NCBI GenBank assembly: GCA_028705565.1
Contig: JAQWDH010000005.1
Coordinates: 5,803-69,802, forward strand
Direction: 5' to 3'
Source of the DNA: Patescibacteria group bacterium
Lineage (GTDB): Bacteria; Patescibacteriota; Patescibacteriia; Magasanikbacterales; GWA2-37-8
Length of the DNA stretch: 64,000 bases
Of this stretch, positions 48,227 to 58,149 are shown in pieces. A program made the translations under genes and the position numbers. Every line of letters starts with the position of its first letter. The first letter of the stretch is position 1. Below the pieces are notes generated by a model that did no database searches, was not told the DNA's origin, and saw nothing but the letters and a program-made list of their open reading frames with translations.

Positions 48227-48291
48227 TTTCGTACTTTCGCATTTCATCACATATTCTCATTTCGTACTTTCGTACCTTTCGTAGTTCGTAC
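48227..48291. repeat. Repeat copy C, inverted orientation (reverse complement of copy A), right flank of GxxExxY cassette
   Basis: Reverse complement gtacgaactacgaaaggtacgaaagtacgaaatgagaatatgt matches copy A. Confidence 0.8.
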
Positions 48292-48298
48292 ATAAATT

Positions 48299-49192
48299 AT
48301 GTATTCTCAAATTTCTTCCAATAAACGCAATTCGGTTTTGCTGATGATGGCAGCGATCGCGATACTCATCTCTTTAGGTTATGTTTTTGATTTGGCATCA
48401 GGACGACAGAATTACGGAGGCGTGGCAATCGCCGTATTTTTTTCTTTTATAATGACTGCTGTGTCATATTTTCAAGGCGATAAAATCGCGCTTTGGTCAA
48501 CTGGCGCTAAACCTGTTTTACACGATGAAAATCAATATCTTTACCACTTGGTGGAAAATCTTTGCATAACTTCCGGTTCTCCGATGCCGAAAATTTATGT
48601 TATTAACGACCCGGCAATCAACGCTTTCGCAACCGGCAGAAAACCAGAACTCGCTTCAGTGGCGATAACACGTGGGGCAATGGAAAAATTAAACAAAGAA
48701 GAATTGGAAGGCGTGCTCGCGCACGAACTTTCGCATATCAAAAATTATGATATCCGTTTTATGACGCTTGTTGCCGTAATAGTCGGCGCAGTGTCTATTC
48801 TTTCAAATATATTTTTGCGTTCCAGATGGTTTTCAGGAGGACGCGACAGCGACCGCGACAACGGAGGCGGACAATTGGCGGCGATTTTTATGATTATAGG
48901 AATTATTTTCGCCATACTTTCCCCTCTTATCGCGGAACTTATCAAACTCGCCGTTTCTCGCCGACGCGAATATCTCGCGGACGCGTCCGGCGCGCTGTTG
49001 ACCCGATATCCGGAAGGGCTCGCTCGAGCGTTGAAAAAAATCGCGTCTGAAAATCTACCTTTGCGTTCCGCTTCTTCAGCAACGGCGCACTTATTCATCG
49101 CCAACCCGTTCAACGGAAAAAAACTATCAGCAATGTTTTCCACTCATCCGCCAGTTGAAGACAGAATAAAAAAATTAAGAGAAATGGCGTAA
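48299..49192 (+). CDS. htpX: Protease HtpX (M48 family)
   Basis: 297 aa; HELSHIKNYD HExxH, 4 TM. Confidence 0.85.
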   Translation: MYSQISSNKRNSVLLMMAAIAILISLGYVFDLASGRQNYGGVAIAVFFSFIMTAVSYFQGDKIALWSTGAKPVLHDENQYLYHLVENLCITSGSPMPKIYVINDPAINAFATGRKPELASVAITRGAMEKLNKEELEGVLAHELSHIKNYDIRFMTLVAVIVGAVSILSNIFLRSRWFSGGRDSDRDNGGGQLAAIFMIIGIIFAILSPLIAELIKLAVSRRREYLADASGALLTRYPEGLARALKKIASENLPLRSASSATAHLFIANPFNGKKLSAMFSTHPPVEDRIKKLREMA

Positions 49193-49214
49193 AAATTCAA
49201 AATTTGTTTGTCGT

Positions 49215-50585
49215 CTATCGTCCATTGACCGGCTCAATCAAATCTGAAACTTCTTTAACTTTTTCATCCATTATTTCTTTTTTTCTCGCTTCCAAATTCA
49301 AACGCAAAAGCGATTCTGTGTTGGACGCGCGAACATTAAACCAAAAATCCGGATAAGTGAAAGTCAAACCGTCCAAATCGTTTATTTCCGCGTCCGCGTA
49401 TTTTTCTTTGAGCGCGGACAAAACATTTTCTTTGTTTTCCACGCGAAAATTTATTTCGCCGGAATGAAAATATCTTTTCAGCGGTTTTATGTAATCCGAC
49501 AAACTTTGGTTTGTTTCCGACAATTCCTGCAATAATTTCAAAATTACGACCATCGGCGCCTCATAAACTCCATGCGGAAATTTGACGAAAAAATGTCCTG
49601 ACGATTCACCTCCGAAAACCGCGCCGGTTTCCAACATTTGTTTTTTGATAAGAGAATGCCCGACGCGCGTAACCGACGGCGCTCCCCCATTTTCCAAAAT
49701 CATATCTTCGGTGATTTTTCCCGGACGAATATCATAACAAATCACGGCGCCTGGATTTTCGCGTAAAAACAATTTTGCCATAATTCCCCTGAGCATCGCA
49801 GGTTCCAATACCTCGCCTTTATCGTCAATAAAAAAAATCCTGTCGCCATCGCCATCCGTTGAAATTCCCAAATCGGCTTTTTCGCTTAAAACTTTTTCTT
49901 TCAAATCTTTCACATTTTTTTCTTGAAACGGGTCCGGCTGATGCGCTGGAAACGAACCGTCCAAATCAAAATTCATTTTTACAAAATCCACTTGCGGCAA
50001 ATCCGCGAATAATTTTTCCAAATACAAAGCGCCCATTGAATTGGCAGCGTCCGCAATAATTTTAAATTGTTTGATTTTGGCGATGTCCGCGTATTTTTCG
50101 CAAAAATTTTTTTCTTCTTCCAACGCCGTGTCAATGCTGATTATCATTTCTTTTTTTTCACTCGCCGGCGAAAAATTATCAGCCGAAACCGTCTCTCGTA
50201 ATTCCTCCATCCCGGTTCCCTGTCCGAACGGAATCGCTCGGTCGCGAATTATTTTTATTCCATTGTATTCTTTCGGGTTATGCGATGCTGAAATTAAAAG
50301 CCCTCCGTCATAACCGTAATATGAAACCGCGAAATAAAAAGTTGGGGTTGAAGCCAAACCGATATCAATAATCTCCGCGCCTGCGTCTATCAAACCGCGT
50401 TTTACGGCCTCAAACAAAGACGGGGAAGAAATCCGCATATCGCGTCCGATAACCAATTTGATTCCAATTTTTCCTGTTTCTTTTTTACGCGTTTCAGCGA
50501 ACGCGCGAGCGATTTTGTACGCCAAATCCTCATTTAATTCCTCGGGATAAACCCCGCGCACATCGTATGCCTTGAAAATTGACAT
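49215..50585 (-). CDS. Phosphoglucomutase/phosphomannomutase family protein
   Basis: 456 aa; ASHNPKEYNGIK phosphoserine loop, DGDGDR metal loop. Confidence 0.8.
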   Translation of the reverse strand: MSIFKAYDVRGVYPEELNEDLAYKIARAFAETRKKETGKIGIKLVIGRDMRISSPSLFEAVKRGLIDAGAEIIDIGLASTPTFYFAVSYYGYDGGLLISASHNPKEYNGIKIIRDRAIPFGQGTGMEELRETVSADNFSPASEKKEMIISIDTALEEEKNFCEKYADIAKIKQFKIIADAANSMGALYLEKLFADLPQVDFVKMNFDLDGSFPAHQPDPFQEKNVKDLKEKVLSEKADLGISTDGDGDRIFFIDDKGEVLEPAMLRGIMAKLFLRENPGAVICYDIRPGKITEDMILENGGAPSVTRVGHSLIKKQMLETGAVFGGESSGHFFVKFPHGVYEAPMVVILKLLQELSETNQSLSDYIKPLKRYFHSGEINFRVENKENVLSALKEKYADAEINDLDGLTFTYPDFWFNVRASNTESLLRLNLEARKKEIMDEKVKEVSDLIEPVNGR

Positions 50586-50635
50586 AAAATATTAAATTAC
50601 AAATTACAAATCAAGCCAAAAATCCAAATGTCAAA

Positions 50636-50745
50636 TTGTCATTGCGCTTCGCTCGTAATGACAATATTGTCCATTATCCGTTAATGTCACAAGACAGGGA
50701 TCCCTCTCCGCCCTTGGCGGATCGGGATGACAGCATCGTCCGTAA
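50636..50745. repeat. Two partial palindromic element copies (ttgtcattgcg...taatgacaa; inverted left end of the 14556-family element)
   Basis: Reverse complement of 50716-50745 equals gctgtcatcccgatccgccaagggcggaga, matching the start of copy 14556. Confidence 0.65.
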
Positions 50746-50894
50746 TCCATAGCCCATAGTCCGCCATCGTCCGCTTTGACTCTTTGCTGTAAATATCATA
50801 TAATATAACCGTAAATTAAAGCAAATTTTTATTTCGCCTTAACCTGTCAGTTTATCGTAAACGGATAAACAAAAAGGCCTAAATTTTTAATTTT

Positions 50895-53429
50895 ATGGAC
50901 ATTCTTGACCGTTTTTCAACTCATTTGCGGGAGACGCTTACGCGGGGAATCGGGACGGCAACCGAATTGTATAATTCGGAAGTGGAGCCAATCCACCTTT
51001 TTTTTGCTTTACTCGCGCAAAAAGGTTCAATCGCGTCAGAAATAATGAATCGCCTGAAAATAGACAAAAAAAAAGTTGAACAAATAATTGTAAATTTGCC
51101 GAAAAATTTTCAAGAAAAAATAATTCCAACCGGCAAACACAACCAAACCGCGGAGAATGTATTGCCCGCTATGTCGGTCGCGAGCCGTTTCGCTTTGGAA
51201 AAAGCCATGTCAATCGCGCATAAAAATCAACATAATTATATAGGAACCGAACACCTTTTGGCCGCGCTTGTTCAATCGGACGACGCTTTAATAAAACAAG
51301 CTCTCAAGGAAAGCGGAGTTAAAGCCGATAATTTGGAAAAACAATTGGAAACGGTTTTAAACAACGCCACTCAATTTCCAAAAATAGCCGAGATGACCGA
51401 AGCGCTGGAAAAAATTCAAGGACAGTTAATCGGCGACTCTTTGCTCTCCGGATTATCGGAAAACGAAGAAAAACAACCGCGCAAAACATCTCACAAAAAA
51501 AAGCAGGAATCGGCTTTGGATTATTTTGCCACCAATCTCACAAGTACGGAAAACCAAAAAAATATTGACCCTGTCATAGGACGCGAGATGGAAATTGAAC
51601 GGCTCGTGCAAATACTTTGCAGACGGACAAAAAATAATCCCGTGCTTTTGGGAGAGCCAGGTGTCGGTAAGACAGCCATAGTGGAAGGTTTGGCGAAAAA
51701 AATTTTTGAAAACAAGGAACCGGCTCTCGCCGGCAAAAAAATTTACGCTTTGGATATGGGGCTTCTCATTGCCGGCACCATTTATAGAGGCGAATTTGAA
51801 GCGCGTCTGAAACAAGTGATAGATGAGATTTCAGAAGATAAAAGCATTATTCTTTTCATAGACGAAATTCACAACATCGTCGGCGCGGGTTCAAATCAAG
51901 GAACAATGGACGCGGCGAACATCTTAAAACCCGCTCTAGCGCGCGGTCTCATTCATTGCATCGGCGCCACTACTCCGACCGAATTCAAAAAACACATTGA
52001 AAACGACCCGGCCCTTGAAAGACGTTTTCAGCCGATATTTACGCGCGAATCCGGAATTGAAGAATCAATAAAAATTTTAAACGGCATAAAAGAAAATTAC
52101 GAAAAATTCCACAATGTAAAAATTACAAACGAGGCCGTGGAAGCCGCGGTTAAACTTTCTGAACGTTATATTCCAAATAAATTTTTACCGGATAAAGCCA
52201 TTGATATTTTGGACGAAACCGCCTCAGCTTTGCGTTTGCGAAAAAAACCGACCCTGAATGAAAATAAACTTTTACGGCTTAAACAAAAACTTGAACAAGT
52301 TTTGATTTCCAAGGAAAAATCCGCCGCGTCTGATAATTTTTCAGAAGCCGCAAAATGGAAAGACGAAGAAAAAAAACTCGCGGAAGAAATCAAAATAACG
52401 GAAAACATAATTTCTAAAAACAAAAAAATCATCGGCGAAATAGGCGCGTTGGAAATCGCGGAACAAGTTGCTAAAATCTGCGGGACAAAACCCCAAGAAC
52501 TTCTGATGGGAGAAAAAGAACGAATGAATGGTTTAAAAAACGATTTAAAAAAATACATTTTGGGACAAGACGAGGTTTTGGAAGAAGTAAGCCAAGGCAT
52601 AATTCGCTCTCAATTAGGCATCGCGGACGCGAACAAACCGACCGCTTCGTTCTTTTTTGTCGGAGAAAGCGGCTCGGGCAAAACCGAACTGGCGAAATCA
52701 ATCACCAAGGCGCTCTATCCCGCGCACGACGCTCTCATACGTCTTGACATGAGCGAATTCAATGAAAGTTTCGGTGTGTCAAAACTTTTAGGTTCGCCTG
52801 CCGGATATATCGGCTACAAAGAAAGCAACCAATTCACGGACAGGGTGAAAATGAATCCTCACAGCGTTATACTTTTTGATGAAATAGACAAGGCGCATCG
52901 CGATGTCGTCAAACTTTTATTGCAAATTCTGGAAAGCGGCGAGATTACGGATTCAACCGGTAAAAAAATTTCTTTGCGTCAATCAATTATAATCCTTACT
53001 GCCACAACCGGAGTTGAAGAAACAAAAAACGGATGCATCGGTTTCGGAAACTCCTCACAAAAAAAAGAAGACCGCGTAAAAATCGCGGTAGAAAAATTAA
53101 AAGAACATTTTTCCGCCGAACTTATCAATCGTATTGATAAAATTTGTTTATTTAACCATATTTCTCCGGAAATTCTTTCGGAAATAGCAGATTTGGAAAT
53201 AAAACAAATCAACGAACGGCTGAAAAAATATAAAACCGCCGTGCAAACCGACAAACAAATTTTGGATTGGCTCGCTCGGCAATTGCCCGCGTCGGAAACA
53301 AACGCGCGTTCCATTCGCCGGCTCGCGCGCGAAGAAATAGAAAAAATAATGTCTGAAATAATATTGAAAGGAAAAATAAAATCCAATTTCAAATTAACCG
53401 TTGAAAAAGAAAAATTAATGGCGAGGTAA
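50895..53429 (+). CDS. clpC: ATP-dependent Clp protease ATP-binding subunit ClpC-like (class I AAA+)
   Basis: 844 aa; Clp_N repeats, two Walker A sites [15 protein letters not shown] and [13 protein letters not shown], middle UVR-like segment. Confidence 0.8.
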   Translation: MDILDRFSTHLRETLTRGIGTATELYNSEVEPIHLFFALLAQKGSIASEIMNRLKIDKKKVEQIIVNLPKNFQEKIIPTGKHNQTAENVLPAMSVASRFALEKAMSIAHKNQHNYIGTEHLLAALVQSDDALIKQALKESGVKADNLEKQLETVLNNATQFPKIAEMTEALEKIQGQLIGDSLLSGLSENEEKQPRKTSHKKKQESALDYFATNLTSTENQKNIDPVIGREMEIERLVQILCRRTKNNPVLLGEPGVGKTAIVEGLAKKIFENKEPALAGKKIYALDMGLLIAGTIYRGEFEARLKQVIDEISEDKSIILFIDEIHNIVGAGSNQGTMDAANILKPALARGLIHCIGATTPTEFKKHIENDPALERRFQPIFTRESGIEESIKILNGIKENYEKFHNVKITNEAVEAAVKLSERYIPNKFLPDKAIDILDETASALRLRKKPTLNENKLLRLKQKLEQVLISKEKSAASDNFSEAAKWKDEEKKLAEEIKITENIISKNKKIIGEIGALEIAEQVAKICGTKPQELLMGEKERMNGLKNDLKKYILGQDEVLEEVSQGIIRSQLGIADANKPTASFFFVGESGSGKTELAKSITKALYPAHDALIRLDMSEFNESFGVSKLLGSPAGYIGYKESNQFTDRVKMNPHSVILFDEIDKAHRDVVKLLLQILESGEITDSTGKKISLRQSIIILTATTGVEETKNGCIGFGNSSQKKEDRVKIAVEKLKEHFSAELINRIDKICLFNHISPEILSEIADLEIKQINERLKKYKTAVQTDKQILDWLARQLPASETNARSIRRLAREEIEKIMSEIILKGKIKSNFKLTVEKEKLMAR

Positions 53430-53475
53430 GTTAGCAAGAACCGCTTTTAATTTCCAATTTATATTTTAACAATTA

Positions 53476-53573
53476 ACAACACAAAATTTTTAATTTTATA
53501 ATTTTTAAATAAATCTTGATGCTTAAATTTTTAAACATTAAAAATTATAAAATTAAAAATTGATACTTGTGTT
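53476..53573. repeat. AT-rich inverted repeat (about 28-bp arms) upstream of the 53580 gene
   Basis: acacaaaatttttaattttataattttt vs reverse complement of aaaaattataaaattaaaaattgatacttgtgt. Confidence 0.7.
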
Positions 53574-53579
53574 TTATAT

Positions 53580-54314
53580 ATGTCTCCATTTGAAAAACAA
53601 AATTTTAGCTCACCTCCTCCGCAGCTGCCAGAAAACGAACAACATTCCGCGGCTGACGAATTGGCGAGCGCGAGATCCGCAAAACCCGCCGGGGTTGACC
53701 CTTCCGGATTTTTAAATCAACGCCCGCGAGAAGAATTCGCGTCTCTTGTTCCGTCTGAAGAAATCGGAGCGGCAGAAGAAATGGAAAACGAAAAAGCGCA
53801 AGCGAGAATGGAAAAAGAAAACGAAGAAAGCGCTCCGAATGAAGTTAATGAATATCTGGAAGAAATGGGAGGTATGGCGAATTTTGGAGGGCAAGGACAA
53901 GAACGCGGATGGACAAATCAGATAAACAACGCTCTGAAAGAAATAGGCGGCATGAAGTCAGACCAAAATAAACTGGAAAAAATGAACAGATTGGTTACTA
54001 AATTGAAAAAACTTGAAAAAGCGGCGCGCGCAGTTGATGCCATCTCCACCATCAAAAATTACCTAGCCATAATGGTTGAAATATGGTGGTGGACGATAAT
54101 TGGAGCTATAATAGATATAGTAATTGTCATCCCTGCGATTTTTCTCGCTTACTGGCTCGGTTTTGTCAAAGGCAAATTCGCGAAACAAATGGAGGCGCTG
54201 AGAAAAACCGCGGAAAAAGCGAAAAACAAAATATCCGCGATTATAAAAATAAAAAATTTGCAAAAAATCAGCCTTGCGGAAGCGGCGACTTTATATGGAA
54301 AAAATAAATTATAA
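53580..54314 (+). CDS. Hypothetical membrane protein (acidic N-region, C-terminal TM)
   Basis: 244 aa; TM IMVEIWWWTIIGAIIDIVIVIPAIFLAYWLGFV. Confidence 0.4.
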   Translation: MSPFEKQNFSSPPPQLPENEQHSAADELASARSAKPAGVDPSGFLNQRPREEFASLVPSEEIGAAEEMENEKAQARMEKENEESAPNEVNEYLEEMGGMANFGGQGQERGWTNQINNALKEIGGMKSDQNKLEKMNRLVTKLKKLEKAARAVDAISTIKNYLAIMVEIWWWTIIGAIIDIVIVIPAIFLAYWLGFVKGKFAKQMEALRKTAEKAKNKISAIIKIKNLQKISLAEAATLYGKNKL

Positions 54315-54324
54315 ATTTTAATCT

Positions 54325-55563
54325 ATGTTTTTCAATTTCAAAAAAATAATTTTAATCGTCATCGTCGTCATAATCGCCGGTCTTATCGGTTTCGCTCTTT
54401 ATTATATGTTTACCAAAACGGCCCCAATTCAAAAAACAACAGAAACAGGGGAAGTCACGCCGTCAGGACAACTCCCATCGTCCGGAGAAATGCCGGCCGG
54501 CGCGACAGGGGCTGAAACCGAAGGAGAAATACCGTCAGGACAACTGCCGTCGGGAATATCCGTTCCGGGCGCGGGAAGCGCGTCCTATTATCAGCCGAAA
54601 GCCGTAATAAAAATCAGCGACGATTACGCGGTCCATTCTTCTTTAAATTCAAAAAATGGAAATTATCGCTACTACAATTCAGGCAACGGAAAATTTTACC
54701 GCGTTCAAGCCGACGGAACGATAAAAGAATTAACCGACCAAGTTTTTTACAATGTCAAAAATGTAACTTGGGCGAAAAACAACGATAAGGCGGTTTTGGA
54801 GTATCCGGACGGCTCAAAAATAATTTATAATTTTGAAATCAAAAAACAAGTCACTTTGCCAAAACATTGGGAAGAATTTTCCTTTTCCTCGGATGGAACG
54901 CAGGTCGCCGCCAAAAGCATCGGATTGTCGCCGGAAAATCGATGGCTCGTGACGATAAACGACGACGGAACCGGAACGAAACTTGTGGAGCCGATGGGAA
55001 ATAACGCCGACCGCGTGCAAATCGCATGGTCTCCGAGCAACCAAACAGTCGCTTTTTCGCAAACCGGCGAACCGCTTGGAGCCGAACGACGCGAAGTGCT
55101 TTTTGTCGGATTAAACAATGAAAATTTCAAATCAACGATTGTTGAAGGCATGGGGTTTACTCCGCAATGGTCAAATACGGGAAAAAAGTTGCTATACAGC
55201 GTTTACAGCTCACGCACCGATTACAAACCGGAAATTTGGGTTGTTAATTCTTATGGAGATGAAATCGGCTCGGACAGACAAGAGCTAAAAATAAATACAT
55301 GGGCTGATAAATGCGCTTTCGGAGACGACAACACTCTTTTTTGCGCTATACCGCAAAACCTTCCCCGCGGAGCTGGAATGTCGCGTGAAATAGCGAACAG
55401 CTCGTATGATACGCTTTATAAAATTGACTTAAAAACAGGCCTCAAAACCAATATACCATTGGAGGAAAACTATAACATTCAAAACATTTCTTACGACCAA
55501 TCCAACAATAAACTTTTTTTTAACGACTTAAATAAAAACGGAATTTTTGAAGCGCAATTATAA
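54325..55563 (+). CDS. Membrane-anchored TolB-like beta-propeller protein
   Basis: 412 aa; N-terminal TM; repeats resembling PD40/WD40-like beta-propeller blades (LEYPDGSKIIY, IAWSPSNQTVAFS, QWSNTGKKLLYS). Confidence 0.5.
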   Translation: MFFNFKKIILIVIVVIIAGLIGFALYYMFTKTAPIQKTTETGEVTPSGQLPSSGEMPAGATGAETEGEIPSGQLPSGISVPGAGSASYYQPKAVIKISDDYAVHSSLNSKNGNYRYYNSGNGKFYRVQADGTIKELTDQVFYNVKNVTWAKNNDKAVLEYPDGSKIIYNFEIKKQVTLPKHWEEFSFSSDGTQVAAKSIGLSPENRWLVTINDDGTGTKLVEPMGNNADRVQIAWSPSNQTVAFSQTGEPLGAERREVLFVGLNNENFKSTIVEGMGFTPQWSNTGKKLLYSVYSSRTDYKPEIWVVNSYGDEIGSDRQELKINTWADKCAFGDDNTLFCAIPQNLPRGAGMSREIANSSYDTLYKIDLKTGLKTNIPLEENYNIQNISYDQSNNKLFFNDLNKNGIFEAQL

Positions 55564-56209
55564 TATGAAAAAATTATATTTGATTCTTTTTATTACAGCG
55601 GCTTTGGCAGGAGTTTTCTTTTTTACGCAATACAAAAAAATGCGCGGCATCACAATCACGCATAAAACCACCGATATCATTAGCCAACAAATTTATAACA
55701 TTCCAATTTCCAACAGCGAAGAACCATACGGAAACCCGGGCGCGCCTATGACGATTGTTGAATTTATTGATTTGAACAATCGCGACAGTCGCGATATTCA
55801 TCTCGCTCTGGTTGCTTTTATAAATAAAAACACTCAATCGGCAAGATTATTTTGGAAAGACGCTCCATATAAAGGGATTATTTTTCAAAATGATATAATT
55901 GCTCATAAAGCGGTCTTTTGCGCCGCTAAACAAAAAAAAGGATGGGAGTTCGCGAATAAAATAGCGACTGAGAAAAAAATAAATGAAGCGATTTTACAAA
56001 AAGTAGGACAGAGTGTTGATTTCAACATTGGCAACTGGTGGCTATGCGCCAATTCGCAAGAAGCGAAAGATTATATTGACGCGTCAGCTGCTTTAAGCAA
56101 AGCTCTCGGCGTAAATTCCGCTCCGGCGATTTTTGTAAACAATCGCCGTTTGAATTTGGACACCGAAATCCCATTGGAAGAAATTTTAAATAAATTCATT
56201 GTCAAATAA
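55547..56209 (+). CDS. DsbA-like thioredoxin-fold protein lacking a CxxC motif
   Basis: 220 aa; N-terminal TM; GNPGAPMTIVEFIDL resembles DsbA N-region but no CxxC follows. Confidence 0.4.
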   Translation: MKRNYNMKKLYLILFITAALAGVFFFTQYKKMRGITITHKTTDIISQQIYNIPISNSEEPYGNPGAPMTIVEFIDLNNRDSRDIHLALVAFINKNTQSARLFWKDAPYKGIIFQNDIIAHKAVFCAAKQKKGWEFANKIATEKKINEAILQKVGQSVDFNIGNWWLCANSQEAKDYIDASAALSKALGVNSAPAIFVNNRRLNLDTEIPLEEILNKFIVK

Positions 56210-56211
56210 TT

Positions 56212-58119
56212 ATGCGTGAAATTAAAAAACTCGGAATATCCTGCGTATTAAGCTTGTTTTTGCTGTTATTTTTTTGCGCGCCGGTTTACGCCGGATCGTG
56301 TAAATGCCTGCAAACAAGCGATACTGGTTCGGAAGAAATGTGTTATGAAGAAAAAAACAGCGCCAGCGATTGTCCTTCTGGAACTTTGGGAAATCTCACT
56401 ATCGCTTCATGCAATTTTTTTTCAGGAGCCAATTGTCAAACCGCGTCCACTGAAACAACTCCAGCCGTTACGGATGTCACGGAAGATTTACAAATTAACA
56501 AGCCCATATTGGAAATAAACATTCCGCAACTTCAATTGAGCGACGTTGGCGCCGAGCTGGATGAAGAGGGCTACATGCATTTGCCGTGGATAGGAGAATA
56601 TCTGTCCGCGATTTATAAATTCGGACTTATAGCCATAAGCATTGTCGCGGTGGTTTTGATTATTTTAACAGGAGCAAAAATAATCGTTTCTGACGAAAAA
56701 GAAAAAAATGAAGGACTAAAACGCGTCGGACAAATTGTTATCGGCCTTTTCATCGCCTGGGGTTCCTACGCCATTCTTTACAACATCAATCCCGATTTGG
56801 TGACTTTTAAACCGTTAAAAGTAAGGTATATACCGCGCACAAGTTTTGACCAACTGATATTTGATAAGGGAAATGAAAACGAATCCTTTGCAACTTCCAA
56901 CCTTTCGCCATCCGAGCTAGACGGTCTGTTCCGATCATATGCGTCTTGCTATGGCATGGATTGGAAAATTTTAAAAGTTATAGCTCAAACAGAAAGTAAC
57001 CTAAATCCGAATGTGGTTAACAGGTTTGGTTTTCAAGGCCTGTTTCAAATGAAAAGGGCGTATTGCGAAGGTTCCATGGAAATTGAACCGAGATTACAAT
57101 CTTCGGGTTTAAATATAAATTGCGAAAATTTATTGGATCCTGAAACAAATACCGCTCTTGCGGCTGCCGGCATCAACCATGATCTTGGTAGAATTATAAA
57201 TAAATGCGGACAAAATATCAACGGCGCCGATGCGGTAAGATTAATATATATAGGGCATAACAATGGCGCCGGAGTTTTAAGAAGCATATTAAACAGAGTG
57301 ACAAGCGGTCAATGCCAAGGAAATAATATAAGAGCCATTGTTGAACAAGTTTATAGAAGCGGGGAATTCCATAGTAATATCACAGTGGAAGAAGCATTGC
57401 GAAGATTTGATAATGCCATAACCAGAACAGCTCAAAGAGCCCAATCAGCCGGAATTTCCAATGTCTATCCTAACGGTCCAGATACGAACACTTGCCCGCT
57501 TTCAACAGGCAGAAGATACGCCGGTATAACAAATAATATAACCACAAATAATATTTTAGCTATCGGCGATTCTATCACAGCCGATTCTTCTTCATACGCG
57601 CGTGTTTTGACAATACCTGAATCAAATATAAAAGCGCAAGTTGGCAGAAAAGTTGATATCCCGGGCGAAGGCAGCTGCCCGGGAGAAACATGCGATATGC
57701 GCGCTTCAATAAAAAATCTTAATTTATCCGGTTTTACTTCAGTAATCGTTTTAGGAGGAATTAATGATCTGGCCTCTGTAAAAAATGCCCAAACCGTAAT
57801 TAACAGATTAACCAGTTTATATAATGATATAAAAAATAAAAACAACAATATTAAAATAATAGGTATTACAATACCTCCGTGGGGAAATTGGACTGGCAAC
57901 AGTGACGCCGCAAATTTACAAGACGAAACGCAAACAATAAATAATTGGATTAAATCAAACGCGGACATAGCTGTTGATTTTTACAGTTTGATACTTGAAC
58001 CGAATAGCGCCCCTCCAGCGCAACAACAAAGATATAAAGGCGACGGTTTGCACCCGAATTCCGCGGCTCACCAAGTTCTGGCAAACGAAATAAGACAGCG
58101 AGCTTTTCCAAACCAATAA
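56212..58119 (+). CDS. Secreted/membrane-anchored fusion: Cys-rich N-domain + 2 TM + lytic transglycosylase (SLT) + SGNH/GDSL hydrolase
   Basis: Signal peptide; SLT motif VIAQTESNLNPNVVNRFGFQGLFQM; SGNH blocks ILAIGDSITADS, VLGGINDL, DGLHPN. Confidence 0.65.
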   Translation: MREIKKLGISCVLSLFLLLFFCAPVYAGSCKCLQTSDTGSEEMCYEEKNSASDCPSGTLGNLTIASCNFFSGANCQTASTETTPAVTDVTEDLQINKPILEINIPQLQLSDVGAELDEEGYMHLPWIGEYLSAIYKFGLIAISIVAVVLIILTGAKIIVSDEKEKNEGLKRVGQIVIGLFIAWGSYAILYNINPDLVTFKPLKVRYIPRTSFDQLIFDKGNENESFATSNLSPSELDGLFRSYASCYGMDWKILKVIAQTESNLNPNVVNRFGFQGLFQMKRAYCEGSMEIEPRLQSSGLNINCENLLDPETNTALAAAGINHDLGRIINKCGQNINGADAVRLIYIGHNNGAGVLRSILNRVTSGQCQGNNIRAIVEQVYRSGEFHSNITVEEALRRFDNAITRTAQRAQSAGISNVYPNGPDTNTCPLSTGRRYAGITNNITTNNILAIGDSITADSSSYARVLTIPESNIKAQVGRKVDIPGEGSCPGETCDMRASIKNLNLSGFTSVIVLGGINDLASVKNAQTVINRLTSLYNDIKNKNNNIKIIGITIPPWGNWTGNSDAANLQDETQTINNWIKSNADIAVDFYSLILEPNSAPPAQQQRYKGDGLHPNSAAHQVLANEIRQRAFPNQ

Positions 58120-58149
58120 TTTTATACCAAAAAACGATTTAAAACAGCT

